Part shown: one piece after another, positions 13,484-26,900 of the stretch
Numbering within the stretch: the stretch's first letter is position 1
How the letters are laid out: the number at the start of each line of letters is the position of its first letter
Assembly (NCBI GenBank): GCA_010909165.1
Contig: MU008152.1
Coordinates: forward strand, 310,001 to 374,000
Length of the DNA stretch: 64,000 nt
Reading direction: 5' to 3'
From: Anthoceros angustus
Lineage: Eukaryota > Plantae > Anthocerotophyta
The notes under the pieces: generated by a model
What the model was told of the DNA's origin: nothing
The model's input: only the letters and a program-made list of their open reading frames with translations
The model's database searches: none
Program-made: the position numbers and the translations under genes

Positions 13484-15200
13484 TGTGGACAAGGGAAGAA
13501 CTGTACACTCCCCCTTAGGTAGGTAATAGGCATGATTTTTTTGTTTTCCTTAGTACGTGGCGTGGAAAATAAGGCGGAAAAAGGGAAATAAGGGCGAATG
13601 GGCTGGATTACGTGAAGCTGCAGCCAAAGATCTCCCGGCTCTCTCTCCCGCACTTCCATCTCCTCGCCATGGGTCGTGTGCGCTTGCCTGCGGGCCGCCG
13701 CTCCACTTTCGAGCTTCGTGGCGCTCTTGTTGCCTCCTTCCAATGATTCCGGCCCATGTAGGTCCCATGGTCGGCAAATAGCGGCCTCCGCCTCGCCCCT
13801 TCGCCTAAGCCTCCAAGACTGCTCGCCTCCGCCTCGGTAGTATCCACCAACTCCCGCTTCCTCACCGCCCGCGGCTTCCTCTGCGGCTTCTCTTGCTGCC
13901 TCCCTTTGCTGGCTTAGGTCCTCCGCCCGCGCCTGTGCCACTTGAGCGTGCTTCACCGCCTGCATACTGGACACCTAGCCCTCGCTGGCGGACCTTTTCG
14001 CTGTCACGCCATCCGGCGCCTCCTCGATTCTAGCGAGGGACTCCGCCTTCTTCCTGGCGGCCTGGGCTACCTCCGTTTGACCCTGGAGTTCCACCATTCG
14101 CCTACGGGTGGCCTCCACTTCCTGGGTCTTCTCTTCAGTTCTGCAGAGTCGCCACAACATGTCGTTCATGACGGCCACAAGGACCCGCCGTGTCTCTTCC
14201 ACGGCCGCCGCCGATGATGCTCCCAAGAAGCCTGCTGATGACGCAGGCATCTCCCAGTCCATTAAGGGCTGCCATACCGCCGACCGGAGCGAGTCCGGGT
14301 TGGGTACTCCGGACCCAATCAGGACCGTTAGGTCCTGTCCGTCCGGAGCAAGTCCGTCGACATCTTTGGCCTGCTTCGTGGCCAATTCTTTCTCTGTGCG
14401 TCTCTGTTTGCGGTCCGGTGGAGGTGAAGAAGTCTGGGAGCTGGCCCGCTTTCCTCTCCCTATGGGGCGAGGACTGGCTCCGAGTGGGGTTGCTGCCAAT
14501 GGCCCCCTGCGCCCTGGGCGGCGTCCCGTTACGCCCTTCTCATGGCCTCTTCCGCCACCGCCCACTCTGTTGTCAGGGGTAAAGGAGGTCTTCCTCTTCC
14601 GCGTCTCCGTTCTGGTTTGTCGGGGCTCGACAGTTTGGTTCGGAGCAGGTTGCGGGGCTGCTGGTGCTACTAGCACCAACTCCATCCCCGTCATAGTAAC
14701 CACCGGGGACGGCTGCTCTGGTGGAGGAACTAGGAGGAGGGAAGCAGGGATCTCTTCCCATACTTCCCTTGGGGGGGAGGGGGTCCGCTCTAGACGAATG
14801 GAATCCGGGATGCCCTCCGAGTCTTATTCCTCCTTGCACCAGCTCCTCTTCTTCGGCCAGCCATGGGCCAAAATCCGGGTAGCGCTTCGTCACAATGTTC
14901 TTCTTCACTAAGCGCCAGGGCTTCCAGACCTCTGCCGCCTTCTTGGGTCCCATGTTCGCGCTCCGCTTGCTCTGCCGCTGAGGTATGGTGGACTGTGATG
15001 CTCCCCACGAGGCTTCTGAGTTCTGGATGGACGCGCCGCAAGAAGACGAAGGTCACTTGGTGTTGCGCTCGGACGTCGGAAGAGACGGCGCCAAAGAGCG
15101 GGGTCTCTAAGCGCGAGCGATTGCGAGAACTGCCAAGAAGTCGACCAGAAAAATGGTCTTCTCTCAGCACCGGAACGTTGGGCATAATTGATGCGCGGGA
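13484..15200. mobile_element. Truncated LTR fragment of a Gypsy family related to the 16.1-53.5 kb element, with an ORF on the minus strand
   Basis: Begins TGTGGAC after a purine tract (AAGCAAGGAAAAAGATGG). Its first ~100 bp resemble the start of the 16132 LTR. Minus-strand ORF pieces (MGPKKAAEVWKPW at 14953; AAVEETRRVL) are homologous to sequence inside the large LTRs. The right boundary and TSD were not found. Confidence 0.7.
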
Positions 15201-15499
15201 AGACGTCCTTTCGCTGCCAGTAATTGCCAGAGTCCTGTATTGTGTACTGCAACTTCACGCCCGCCGCCTTCTTGGCACATGTCCTTGGGTCGTGGTTACC
15301 TGCCCATAACGGCCGCTGACTTAACCCTACAGTCCTGGGCCGCTGCATGTCAGCCTTCCACTCAGTACCGTCCACGTGTCCCGCTTGCCTATTACGCTCC
15401 ACTCCTTCTTCACAGTTACTTTTTCCATCGGACTTACCTTGGTCCACCCTTGAGTTTACTCCAGAGTTCCTTGTAGACTACTCTGGAGTTCCTGACGTT

Positions 15500-16131
15500 G
15501 TCCGACCCGGACCCTTCCTTCAGCCCCTCTTGTCCCACAATTATGCCGTACCTAGCCATACCATGTTATGGCATTGTTGTCTTGGTCATCCCAATAGCCA
15601 AAACATAGTACAAATGTCTAAGGCAGGACACCTCTACAGATCACCTTGCCTTTCTCAAAATCAACACCTTCTTTGGTGTGAGACTTGTGTCATTACAAAG
15701 CGACATCAAGCTCCTTTCCAGAACATCTCTCCACACAGGGCTACATTACCTCTAGAGCTTGTTCACACAGATATTTGTGGCCCTATCTCTACACCTTCCT
15801 TTAGGTAGCAGATATTTTTTGATCTTCATTGACAATTACTCCCGCTTCACTCTTACTTATATCCTTAATCACGAGGGTGATACTTATAATTTCTTCAAGG
15901 ATTATATGGCCTAGGCGGAGAGATTAGCACATAAGAAACTCAACACCTTACGTTCCGACAATGGTGGTGCGTTTACATCTAAACAATTTGAGGACTTCTG
16001 CCAAGCTCAAGGTATAGCTCAACAACTCACTGTTTTTTATACTCCTCAACAAAATGGCATAGCTGAAAATAAGAACTCACGTCTTCATGAAAACACTGGC
16101 TACTTGTTAACCCAAGCTCATTCACCCAAAG
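15500..16131 (+). pseudogene. Outer, old Copia element: GAG-pre-integrase and integrase core, 5' half
   Basis: LWHCCLGH, CETC, LELVHTDICGP, LRSDNGG and TPQQNGIAE motifs, with in-frame stops. The frame ends ...QAHSPK at the Gypsy insertion. Confidence 0.92.
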
Positions 16132-19100
16132 TGTGGACTACGGACTTCCCTTGGGGGTTAAGAAATAAGTAGGGTTTTGTTTTTTTCGTAGGAGCGGAGG
16201 ATAAAATAAGGCGGAAAGGAGGAATAAGCATGGATAGCACTGACCAAGACTCGGGGTAAGCAACGACCGGACCTACTATGGCAGCACCGGACTACTGTGG
16301 TAACGGATAAGTCCGGACTCCAAGTCCAAGGTGATAAGTACGCCAGTGAAAGTAACTTAGAAGTTGAGCCGTGAGGATGACTAGGCGGCGCCACGTGACG
16401 GCCCCGAGTGGAGGTCGGGCATGCACCGCCAGACCGTGTGGGCCGCAGGCAGTATTCACGCTGACGCGCGAAGGCCGTAGTACGCGTAAGGCCGCAGTAA
16501 GCGGGCGTAAGGTCGAATAAGCCATGCACTGCCATGACAGGAAGAGGCGCCTTCCCGCCGTTACTCCCAAAGGCGTCAAGGGGAAGGTCATTTTACCGCA
16601 CCGAGACACCGCAGCCTCTTGCGCCCGCAACCCGGCTCTGGCGCTATCTCTTGAGCGCCCAAGCACCTTCGAGCGTGGTTCACCGCCGGGTTGGAGGCGG
16701 CGGGAGGGCGATCGCCCGAACTCCCCAGCCTGGCCGACAAGGGGAGAAGGCGATGGCACCCAAAAAGCTCTGGAAGTTTGGGAGCCATGGAACCTCGTGG
16801 AGCGCAACATTGTGACCCGCGCTATCCGGACTTTGGGCCCCGGCCGGAGGAAGCGGAGAATTAGTGGAGGAGTGGCACTGGATGTGTTCAGACAGTGCAG
16901 ACGTTCGGCGTCACTCTGGTCGGGAGTTCGCCCAAAGATGCTTGGGCGCGGGAGGTTCGGGTCCAAGAACCTCCGGAGGACCCGAGGCGATGGACCTTGA
17001 GGTCCCGAGGCGCCTACAACCGCCCAAAGGAGGAAGAAGGGGTGGTGCCGAGCCCCTCAAGGCGGCGGGAAGATAGGGCCGCAACAATGGGGCGATGCCG
17101 AGGCTCGACGCAGGACCACCAACGGCTGGTCCGACCCACCGGATGAGTAAGGCGGTAGCCGGATCATTGTCCATTGAACTCGCCACCAAGGTGGATCACC
17201 TTGGTGATAACTGGTGGTATTCCCGCATGCGCGCAGCTGGGAAGAGGGCGGACTGGGAAGGATTATCTTCGCCTGCTAGCCAGAGGCCCCGCAAGCTCGA
17301 CGAGAAGCCTCGCCATCTGGGCCGCCCCATACCGATCCATGTATGGGGACATTTCGAGCTCCTGAAGGAGGGAGAGCTTGAGCGGGCGCTCCGGAAAGGA
17401 CTGGAGGCCCCGCCGAAGTGGAGCGGCAAGGGCGCCGAGGTGGGAGGCCGACCAAGGCCAAACGGACCGGAGGAGGACGAGGGAATTCGACTCCATACGT
17501 CTGAACGGACCCCTCACCACCTGTGGAAGTATGGGAGAAATCCCGCTTCCCTCCTCCCGTGCCCCAACCGAGCAGCCCAAGCAGAGGCGGCCCGACCCAA
17601 TAGCCCACCACCACCACCACAACCACTACCGGAGCCCCGCCGACCGTGAGGGAACCAAGAGACGCAAGACACAACGCAAGACCTCGTGGTGCCAAGATTC
17701 ACCCGCCCCACCTGAGTGGCAAGAAGCGAGGAAGCGGTAAGGAGGGCGTAAAGGGACGCCGAGATGGAGGGAGGCGGAAGCCACCGGGCGCAGGAGGCGG
17801 AAGCCACCCGAGGCGCATGGTACTCCTCCGGGAGGCGGAAGGGCAAAGGGCTTGCTCCGGACCCCTCACCTCCGAGCCCTGTGAGAAAAAGGCGGAGAAG
17901 GAGCTCATGACCAAAGGGCCAAGGAGGGTGAAGCTCGAGCCAAGACTCGTGACCTAAGGGTCCCGATTAGGTCCGGAGAACCCACCGACTTACTCCGGAT
18001 CGGTATGGAGGTCCTGGCGGATCTGGAAATGCCGCCCCACTACGGACTTTGTGGGAGCCTCACTGCGGCCGTGGAAGAAACACGGCGGGGTCCTGCTACC
18101 GCCATGGACGGTATGCTTTGGGGTCTCTGCGGGATGGCCGAGAAGACCTGGAGGTAGAAGCCACCCGAGGCGCATGGTACTCCTCCGGGAGGCGGTTGGA
18201 GGGGCCAGGAGGCGAGGAGGAAGGCCAAGCTCTCGGCGGATTGAGGAAGGGAAACGGGAGGCGAGAGGGAAGTCCGTCCATCCGCAAGGACCGGACTAAA
18301 TTCCTTCACCGGAGGAAGAGGCAAAGGGCCAAGGAGGCCCAAGCGCTGGCCGAGGACCTCCGCAGTGAGAGGGTAGCGCAGGAGGCGGAAGAGGCGGCCG
18401 ACTAGACGAGCCAAGCGGACCGGGAGGAGGCGGCCGACTAGACGAGCCAAGCCGAGAGGCTGTGAAGGTGGCCAAGGAGGCGGAAGCCACGGCAGGCCGC
18501 GATCGCGATCACTATCGGCGTGATCGAACCGTGGAGGGAGGCGGAAGCCACGGCCAATCAAGGCCGAGCAAAGGGCCAAGGAGGAAGAGGCGGCCGACTA
18601 GACGAGCCGCGTAAACATCGAGGCCAAGACCCGGAAATCGGGGACCCTGTGGCGCAGCAGGAGGTAGAAGGGAGGCGGAGGAGGCGGAGGACAAGGACAC
18701 CTTGGAGTTACAACCCAAGACGCTCGGAGCAAGGGTTCTCAACGAGAGTCCAAGACTTGACGGAGATAGAGCGCCCACCGCCTCAAGATGGAGGGAGGCG
18801 GCGGAGCAGCGGACCCCTCACCACCTGTGGAAGTCGCGACAAGGAGATGGAGGATCTCGGACTCGGCTCCGTGAGGTGGAGCAAAGTGGAGATGGAAGAC
18901 CGCAAGGAGACCTTGAGTCACAAAACTACCATTGAGAGGAATGGTAGTCTCAGATGGTCGCGAACGCGAACGGAAATAGAGCGCCCACTGCTATGGCCGG
19001 TGGAGGAGGCGGCAGGAGTGGACGCCGAGATGGAGAAGGGAGGCGGCCGATCGCGAGTTGCCCGACCGTGAGAGGGAGATGGCGGAGTTACAATGGAGAA

Positions 19101-20722
19101 GGGAGGCGGAAGGCATAAGAAGCCGCCGGGTCCAGCTTGAGGAAGGCGGAAGGGAAACGCCGGGAGGCGGCGGGGAGGTGGCCAGGAGGCGAGGCGGCGG
19201 GGAGATGGAGAAGGGAGGTGACCGAGGCACTGCAGCCTGAAGGCCTGCCCGCCTATCAAACCCGGTGGGAGGTGGTCCAACAAGCCGGGCAAAGACGCCT
19301 CCCGAGCACCTATGGCGAAGGGAGTATCGGGTGCTCCGGGCACACGTGGAAGAGGCAATTCAACAAGTGGATTCGGACTTTGCCTATTACCACGCTGAGC
19401 TCCTGGAGAGGCCTCCCGCCGCAAATAGACGGACCGGAAGGCCTGAGGGGAAGAAGGGCATGGGGACAGCACGGGGACTCTAGTGGCCCTGTTTGGAGAC
19501 GACGGCAGCGGGGGAGAAGAGCCTCAAGAGGAGCGACGCAACGGACCCTGTGGTAAGTTCACCGCAACCCGCCGGAGAAGGGAGGTGGCCAAGGAGGAGC
19601 CAACCCACCCAAGACAAGGGTCGGGGGTAGGGATGAGGACCTAGCAAGACGAGGTCCATGAAGGGGTCCGGAGCTTGGGGACGGACCCCGGTAATAAGTT
19701 CGACCCCGAGGTCCGAACCCTGAGACGAGGCCGGACCCACCGGACCAAATAAGAGGACCGAGTTCTGACCGGAGTCGAGACCGACCTCGAGGTCCGGACT
19801 CAAGAAGGAGGAGCCCCTCTCGACTTACGCTTAGGGGAGCAGATAGGGTGGCCCCACCGAGGGGACCCATGGGGAGGCCGAGGGAGGATGACGTTGGTGC
19901 GGTCGCCGACCGCCACGAGCCAACCCGGCTGTGATTCCGGAGAGAGGAGGGGTCCCGCCGGATCATCCGATTGCGCGCGAACGTGGACGGAGATTGGACC
20001 ACCAATCCCAAGGCGGAACCCGGACCTTCCCACCACCACGACGAAGGAGATAGGGAGGAATAGGATGGTAGGCGTCGATTAGGTATACCGAGCCGCCATC
20101 TAATAGGGTGTAATAAAGACGCCGACCGGGCGTAGTATAAGAGGTCACGCCTCAATAAATCATCTTTCTCTTGGTGTTGATGCCGCTCTGCGCACTGTGT
20201 CTTCTTGCTAACGTGAGTCCCGAGTCACCGAAAGGTGCACGATCCCGGAGAGATTGATCGTGGTCCCGTGACGACCTAACGTGTTGTGGTGTGTGCGGGG
20301 AAGGGTGATCGGGACCGTCGCCGTGAGCCGCGCCCGCACGAACGGACCGGAACGCAGGAGCCGGAGGGACTCCGGAGGGCAGAGCCCGGACGAGAGGCCC
20401 GGAACGAGGAGGTCCGGACTGTAACCCGCTCTTCCTAAGACTGATAAGTGTAGTGTGAGTGGAGAGAGGAACGGACTGGAGGTGTGAGTGACGAACGTGA
20501 ACGATACGGACGCGAACGGGTCCTTAAACGTTTGGCCATACCGGCTCAGCGGTGAACGCTAGTAGTTAGCGAATGTGTGTGCGTTGGGACTGAACGGACG
20601 CAAAGTAAGACGAGAATCGCCTGAAACGCTGCAAACGGAGCCTATCATTCCCTTGGGAACGGACTCCTTCCTACAACGACACGGATTGTGCGCGCCGGCT
20701 ACGCCACAAAAGTCGCGCCACA
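16132..20722 (+). repeat. Gypsy 5' LTR, about 4.6 kb
   Basis: Starts TGTGGACTACGGACTTCCC and ends AAAGTCGCGCCACA. Colinear with 29167-30388 plus 48882-53461. Confidence 0.92.
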
Positions 20723-20725
20723 TTT

Positions 20726-20741
20726 TGGCGCTGCCGGGAAT
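20726..20741 (+). other. Primer-binding site, probably tRNA-Asp
   Basis: TGGCGCTGCCGGGAAT lies just after the LTR end. It matches the Athila-type tRNA-Asp PBS TGGCGCCGTTGCCGGG apart from a 3-nt gap. Confidence 0.6.
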
Positions 20742-20956
20742 GAAATCGCCCGTAGCAAGCGTGGATGCGTGGAGGACGGAGGTAGTTAAGGAAATCAAGA
20801 GAGTCGGACGCGTGATCGCCTCCGAGCGCAGCACGTGAGAGACGACGAGCTCGAGGCGAGGTCACCACCAACCGCGTGTGGAGTTGTCGGATCGAGGAGG
20901 AGGAAGCAGCACCAAGTCGCGGTAAGGGGCGGTTCCTCACCCTTGCCGATCGCGCG

Positions 20957-23900
20957 ATGGCAACAACGCCGACCAAGCAAGCGTATTCCCTCTTTGGAGG
21001 TAAGAAGGAGAGAGACGCTGAAACCTTCGTGGAGGATTTCGTGTCGCGGGCGAACTTCAACGGAGAAGGTTCGGATGCGCACCATCCAAATTGCTCCAAG
21101 GGGTCCCGGGACAGCCTGGTATCGAGGAAATACCGCCCGCACGCCCCCGCAACCTTCGAAGCATTGAAGGATGCCTTCTTAGAAAGATTCCGGAATCGAT
21201 CAAGAAGGCTACGCCTTGTCCAAACTCGAGAACCCAAGCGCAAGACGGAGAAGTTGGGATCAGACATCGAACGGTTCACGCTCCGGACCGCACCCCACTC
21301 ACACTACCATGCAAAGCGTAGCTGGTTCGCACCGGGCTTATCCAAGCCAATGGCTACACGCCGCTAAGAGAAGGATGTGAGCAAGGCGGTCGGCGGCGGA
21401 GAACTATGAAGAATCGATGCACCAACGACGGCCGAGGACTCCTCAGGAGGAAAGAAGAAAAAGAAACGGGTCGGATCAAGATGAAGAACCCTCAAGAGGA
21501 GGATGATGAGACCGAGGTAGCATCGGAGGAAGAGGAAGAGGACTCAAGAAGAACTGAGGATGTCATGGAAGAAGAAGAACCCTCAAGAATAAGAAGAAGA
21601 AGCCCGAGTGAGGGTGGAAAGAAGGAGGTCATGATGCCCGCACACGAGAGGTCCCGACCCACCCTTTGAAGGAAGTAGCGGGCCGAGGGAAGATCTAGAA
21701 CGGTAATGAAGAGGGTGGAGGAGTTGACGATCAACCGTGAAGGATAAAGAACGGCGAAGGCGCCACCACGGTCCGACTCATCTGTGGTGTGCGGTGTGTC
21801 ACCAACATGGGCATTCAAGGCCAACCGCCTCCGCCCTGCGGAACCGTGGAGTATGACTACGGGAAGAGTCCGAGGAACAAGTGGGAGGATGCATACCAAG
21901 TGCAAGAAGCACCACCGGGACAGTATCCCGGACGATGTACCCACGCAGCTGGTCCATCTGCATCGACCGATGCAAAGACCGCATGGGAGCCCCTCAGAAT
22001 TCTCGGGCGGTGGTGCTGGGCTGTGGGAACCCCGCACTACTCCAACGCGTGCCATACCCCACCGCAAGGCAACGGGACTTTGAACGCCTGTGTGGAGATT
22101 GAAGGATGCCTTCTTAGAAAGATTCCGGAATCGATCAAGAAGGCTACGCCTTGTCCAAACTCGAGAACCCAAGCGAGGAAGACGGAGAAGTTGGGATCAG
22201 ACATCGAACGGTTCTACGCTGCCACCGACCCCACTCACACTACCATGCAAAGTACGCTGGTTCGCCGGCTTATCCAAGCCAATGGCTAAGCACGTGGCAG
22301 AGAAGGATGTGAGCAAGGCGGCGGAGAACTATGAAGAATCGATGCACCAACGACGGCCGAGGACCTCCAGGAGGAAAGAAGAAAAAGAAGAAACGGGTCG
22401 GATCAAGATGAAGAACCCTCAAGAGGAGGATGATGAGACCGAGGCACGGAGGAAGAGGAAGAGGACTCAAGAAGAATCCGAGGATGTCATGGAAGAAGAA
22501 GAACCCCAAAAAATAAGAAGAAGAAGTCAGTGAGGGTGGAAAGAAGGAGGTCATGATGCCCGCACGACGAGGGTCCCGACCCACCCTTTGAAGGAAGTAG
22601 CGAGGGAAGATCTAGAACGGTAATGAAGAGGGTGGAGGAGTTGACGATCAACCGTGTGAAGGATAAAGAACGGCGAAGGCCACCACGGTCCGACTCATCT
22701 GTGTGTGGTGTGTCACCAACATGGGCATTCAAGGCCAACCGCCTCCGCACTGGGTGAACCGTGGAGTATGACTACGGGAAGAGTCTGAGGAACAGTGGGA
22801 GGATGCATACCAAGTGCAAGAAGCACCACCGACGGTATCCTGTGACGATGTACCCGAGCTGGTCCATCTGCATCGACCTGGCGCAAGACCGCATGGGAGC
22901 CCCTCCAGGAATTCTCAGGGCGGCGGTGGTCTGCTGGAACTGTGGGAACCCCGGGCACTACTCCAACGCGTGTCCATACCCCACTCGGCAAGGCAACGGG
23001 GACTTTGAACGCCTGTGTGGAGATTGTAAGCGGGGCACATGGCAAGACTGTGTCCGAATCCTCGCCGACGGTGCGCCACGCCACCCCAGGGGAGCCGACC
23101 GCCCACGCCCTCCCTAAGGCCGCGCTGTATTTGAAGACGCACTGGCGGAGTGGGAGGAGGCACCGAGGACTAACGAGGTGGTACGGGCAAGTAAGGAGGA
23201 GAAGGCGGACTGAGGTACCGGAAGTGTCAACCCGAGTCAAAGGAGCGAAGGAAAGGAGATGAAGAGGAAGAAAAATGGGGATAGTCCCACGGATACGGAG
23301 GACGGAACACTGCCAAGGAAGCCGAACCCGCCAAGAGGACGAGTTAACCGGCAGCCCGCCAAGAAGACCACCAAAACCCTCGGAAGGAGGAGAAGGACTC
23401 ACCCAAGGCAACACCGCAGCTTCCACCGGATGTGGTCCGAGAAGTGACCGAGATGCTTCAAGAATCCGACAGACCTGAGTGGTCCGACCACCAGCAAGCG
23501 GCTACCGGAAGGGTCAAGGCGACAGAGAACCACCGCCTTTCAAGGTGGCCGACTTGATGATGGACCAACAACACTTGGTGTCCCTTAGGCGCTTGTTAAA
23601 GACAACCCGGCATCGTGTGAAGTCCGGAGGCCATCGGAGACACAACCACGCCGGAACTCCTTGGCCCGGGCAAGAACGTGGAGGTAAGGTAGTATCTCAT
23701 ACGGACCACGGGCGCCAGTGGTTCGTGGAAATTGCGGGTGTGTAATTAAAACGTGCCTCGACACGGGGTCGAGTGAACCTCATCACCGAGGCCACCGCAA
23801 GACGGGGTTCACCACCTTGAGCCATCCACCAAAACCCTCGTGGATGGCGGACATGTCACGGCGAGCCATGGGGAGTTGTCCGAGTCCAAGCCACCATAGC

Positions 23901-26900
23901 GGAGCCCCTATACATTAGATTTTGTCGTCATCACCCGGACCTCGGGTACGAGGTCCGCTAGCGACGGCCGGGACTCGCTCGGACAAAACTACACTTGGAC
24001 GGAAGGAAATACACTTCAAGCTGGACTGGGATCCAAGGTGAGGGAAGGACGGTAGCGACACTGAGTAAGGACACACATGTGGTGAAACCAAGCACCACGT
24101 AGGGTACACCTCCGCCAAGACAAGGGGACGATGAGCGAGGATACGAATGAGGACTACCCTTTCCCAAAATCTCGTGGTCCAAGAAGAAATGGATTACCGG
24201 AGGGACACTTTGGAGCGGAGGTGATCAGTTGCTTCCAAGTGGAAGTCCGGAGGACGAACAAAAGGGGGGAACCACGGATGAGGAGGACCTCAAGAAGTAA
24301 CCCGTTCACCTCGACGAACTCTTCGAATGGGGAATGCGTGAAGATGAACCTGATGGAGGATGATGGCTTTGGGCGAGGAAGCGGCGAGGAAAGAGACCCA
24401 ACCCGACGATGTGGAAGACGTGGAGGTTCGCCCAAAATTCCTAAAATTCGCAAGGGTATGCCATCGGAGAAAACAAGACCTCACACTTGTTGGGGAATTC
24501 ATGAGGTGTTCGCTTTCAAGGTCACGGATTGAAGGCATTCAAACAAAGGCGAATAACACCGGATAGATCTGAAGCCGAGGCGGTGCTGTTCGGATTAGGC
24601 AAGATAAATCAATCCCAAGCACTCGCCAAGGTCAAGGAAGTCCCGGATAAGTATCCGGAAGGACATCATCTTCCCAATCGTGAATAATGGGTGGCGCCCA
24701 TTGTTGTCGTGCAAGAAGCAGGCGTATTCGTCTGTCAGATCGGAGAAAGCTTAACGCCGCCACAGAAGGACCATTTCCCATGCCCTTTGTGGACGACATA
24801 TCGACAAGGTGGCGGGGAGTACCTACTCCTTCTTGGACGGCTACTCCGGCTACAACCAGCTGCACCTAAGGGAGTCGGACTGGGATAAGACAACATTCAC
24901 CACGGAGTGGGGACGCTTGCCTACAAACGGAGCGCCTTCGGATGACAGAGCACCCGGATCATTTATGCGGATGGTGACCAACGCCTTCCGGAATTCCGAG
25001 GGACTTCATGGAGGTGTTCTTGGGCGACTTACTTTGCACGGAGAGGACAAACACGTGGACATTTGAAGTGTTTGGAACGTAAGGAGACTCAACGGCTCGC
25101 ATCCCGAGAAATGCTACTGCATGACAGGGAATCTTGTTGGGACACCGCTCGGCAAGAGGGATAGAGGTGGACCAAGACAAGGTGAAAGTCATCCTCGCAC
25201 ACCAACGAACTTGAAGGAGTTACGGGATTCCCGGGCATGGTGGTTACTATAGGCGCTTTCATCCAAGATTTTGCAAAGCGGGCCTGTGCTAAGAGCTACT
25301 CAGAAGGAGGAGAAGGCGGACTGGAGTCTTGGAAGTGTCAACCAGCCGAAAGGAGCGAAGGAAAGGAGGCAGTTTAAGAGGAAGAAAAATGGGGATAGTC
25401 CCACGGATACGGAGGCGGAACACACTGCGAAGGCCGAACCCGCCAAGGAGGAGTTAAATCGGGCAGCTCGCGGAAGAAGCCCCAAAACCCCGATGTCGGA
25501 GCGGACTCACCCAAACACCGATTCCACGGATGTGGTCAGAAGTGGCGGAGATGCTTCAAGAAGAATCGGCAGACCGAGGTCCGACCACCACAGGCGGTGG
25601 CGAGAGAAGGGTCAAGGCGAGGCGTGGAACCACCGCCTTTCAAGGTGGCCGACTTGATGATGGACCAACAACACTTGGTGTCCCTTAGGCGCTTGTTAAA
25701 GACAACCTATCGGCGGAAGGAGGCCATCGAGAACCACGCCGGAACTCCTTGGCGGAAGGCAGAGCGTGGAGGTAAGGTAGTATCTCATACGGACCACGGG
25801 CGCCCGATGGTGGAAATTGCGGGTGTGTAATTAAAACGTGCCTCTGGACACGGGGTCGAGTGAACCTCATCACGAGGCCACCGCAAGACGGCCGGGTTCA
25901 CCACCTTGAGCCATCCACCAAAACCCTCGGGATGGCGGACATGTCGCGCCTGAGGGAGTTGTCCGAGTCCAAGCCACCATAGCGGGGCCCCTATACATTA
26001 GATTTTGCGTCATCGGACCGCCGGACCTCACAGGGTATGAGGTCTGTTAGGCCTTGGGACTCGCTCGAGACAAAACTACACTTGGACGGAAGGAAATACA
26101 CTTCAAGCCGTGGGGGATCCGAAGGTGAGGGAAGGACGGTAGCGATTACAGGTAAGGACACATCTGGTGAGAATAAGCCAGAGGGTACACCTCCGAAGAG
26201 GGGGGACGATGAGCGCGAGGATACGAATGAGGACTACCCTTTCCCAAAATCTCGTGGTCCGAGAAGAAATGGACTAGGAGGGACACTTTGGAGGCGGAGG
26301 TGATCAGTTGCTTAAGTGGAAGTCCGGAGGACGAACAAAGGCGAGAACCCGGATGAGGAGGACCCAGAAGTAACCCGTTCACCTCGACGAACTCTTCCAG
26401 TGGGGAATGCGTGAAGATGAACCGGTGGAGGATGATGGCTTTGGGCGTGGAAGCGGCGAGGAAAGAGCGGTCAATCGGCGATGTGGAAGACGTGGAGGTT
26501 CGCCCAGAAATTCCTAAAATTCCGCAAGGGTATGCCGGGTTAAACAAGACCTCACCCGGTTGTTGGGGAATTCAGGTGTTGCTTTCAAGGTCACGGACAT
26601 GAAGGGCATTCAAAGCGATTGCGAACCGGATAGATCTGAAGCCGGAGGCGGTGCTGTTGATTATAAAGCGAATCCCAAGCACTCGCTCAAGGTCAAGGAA
26701 GTCTGGATAAGTATCGAGGCGGACATCATCTTCCCAATCGTGAAAGGTGTGGGTGGCGCCCATTGTTGTCGTGCCAAGAAGCGCGAGGGCAGTCGTATGC
26801 AGCCGGGGCGGAAAAGCTGCACGAGAAGGACCATTTCCCATGCCCTTTGTACGACATCTTGGACAAGGTGGCGGGCGGAGTACCTACTCCTTCTTGGGGC

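Noticed and set aside
16158-20155. Dozens of overlapping 60-230 aa ORFs on both strands in the Gypsy LTRs
   Set aside because: Most are by-products of GC-rich, stop-poor sequence. Only the frame with cross-family amino-acid conservation is reported.
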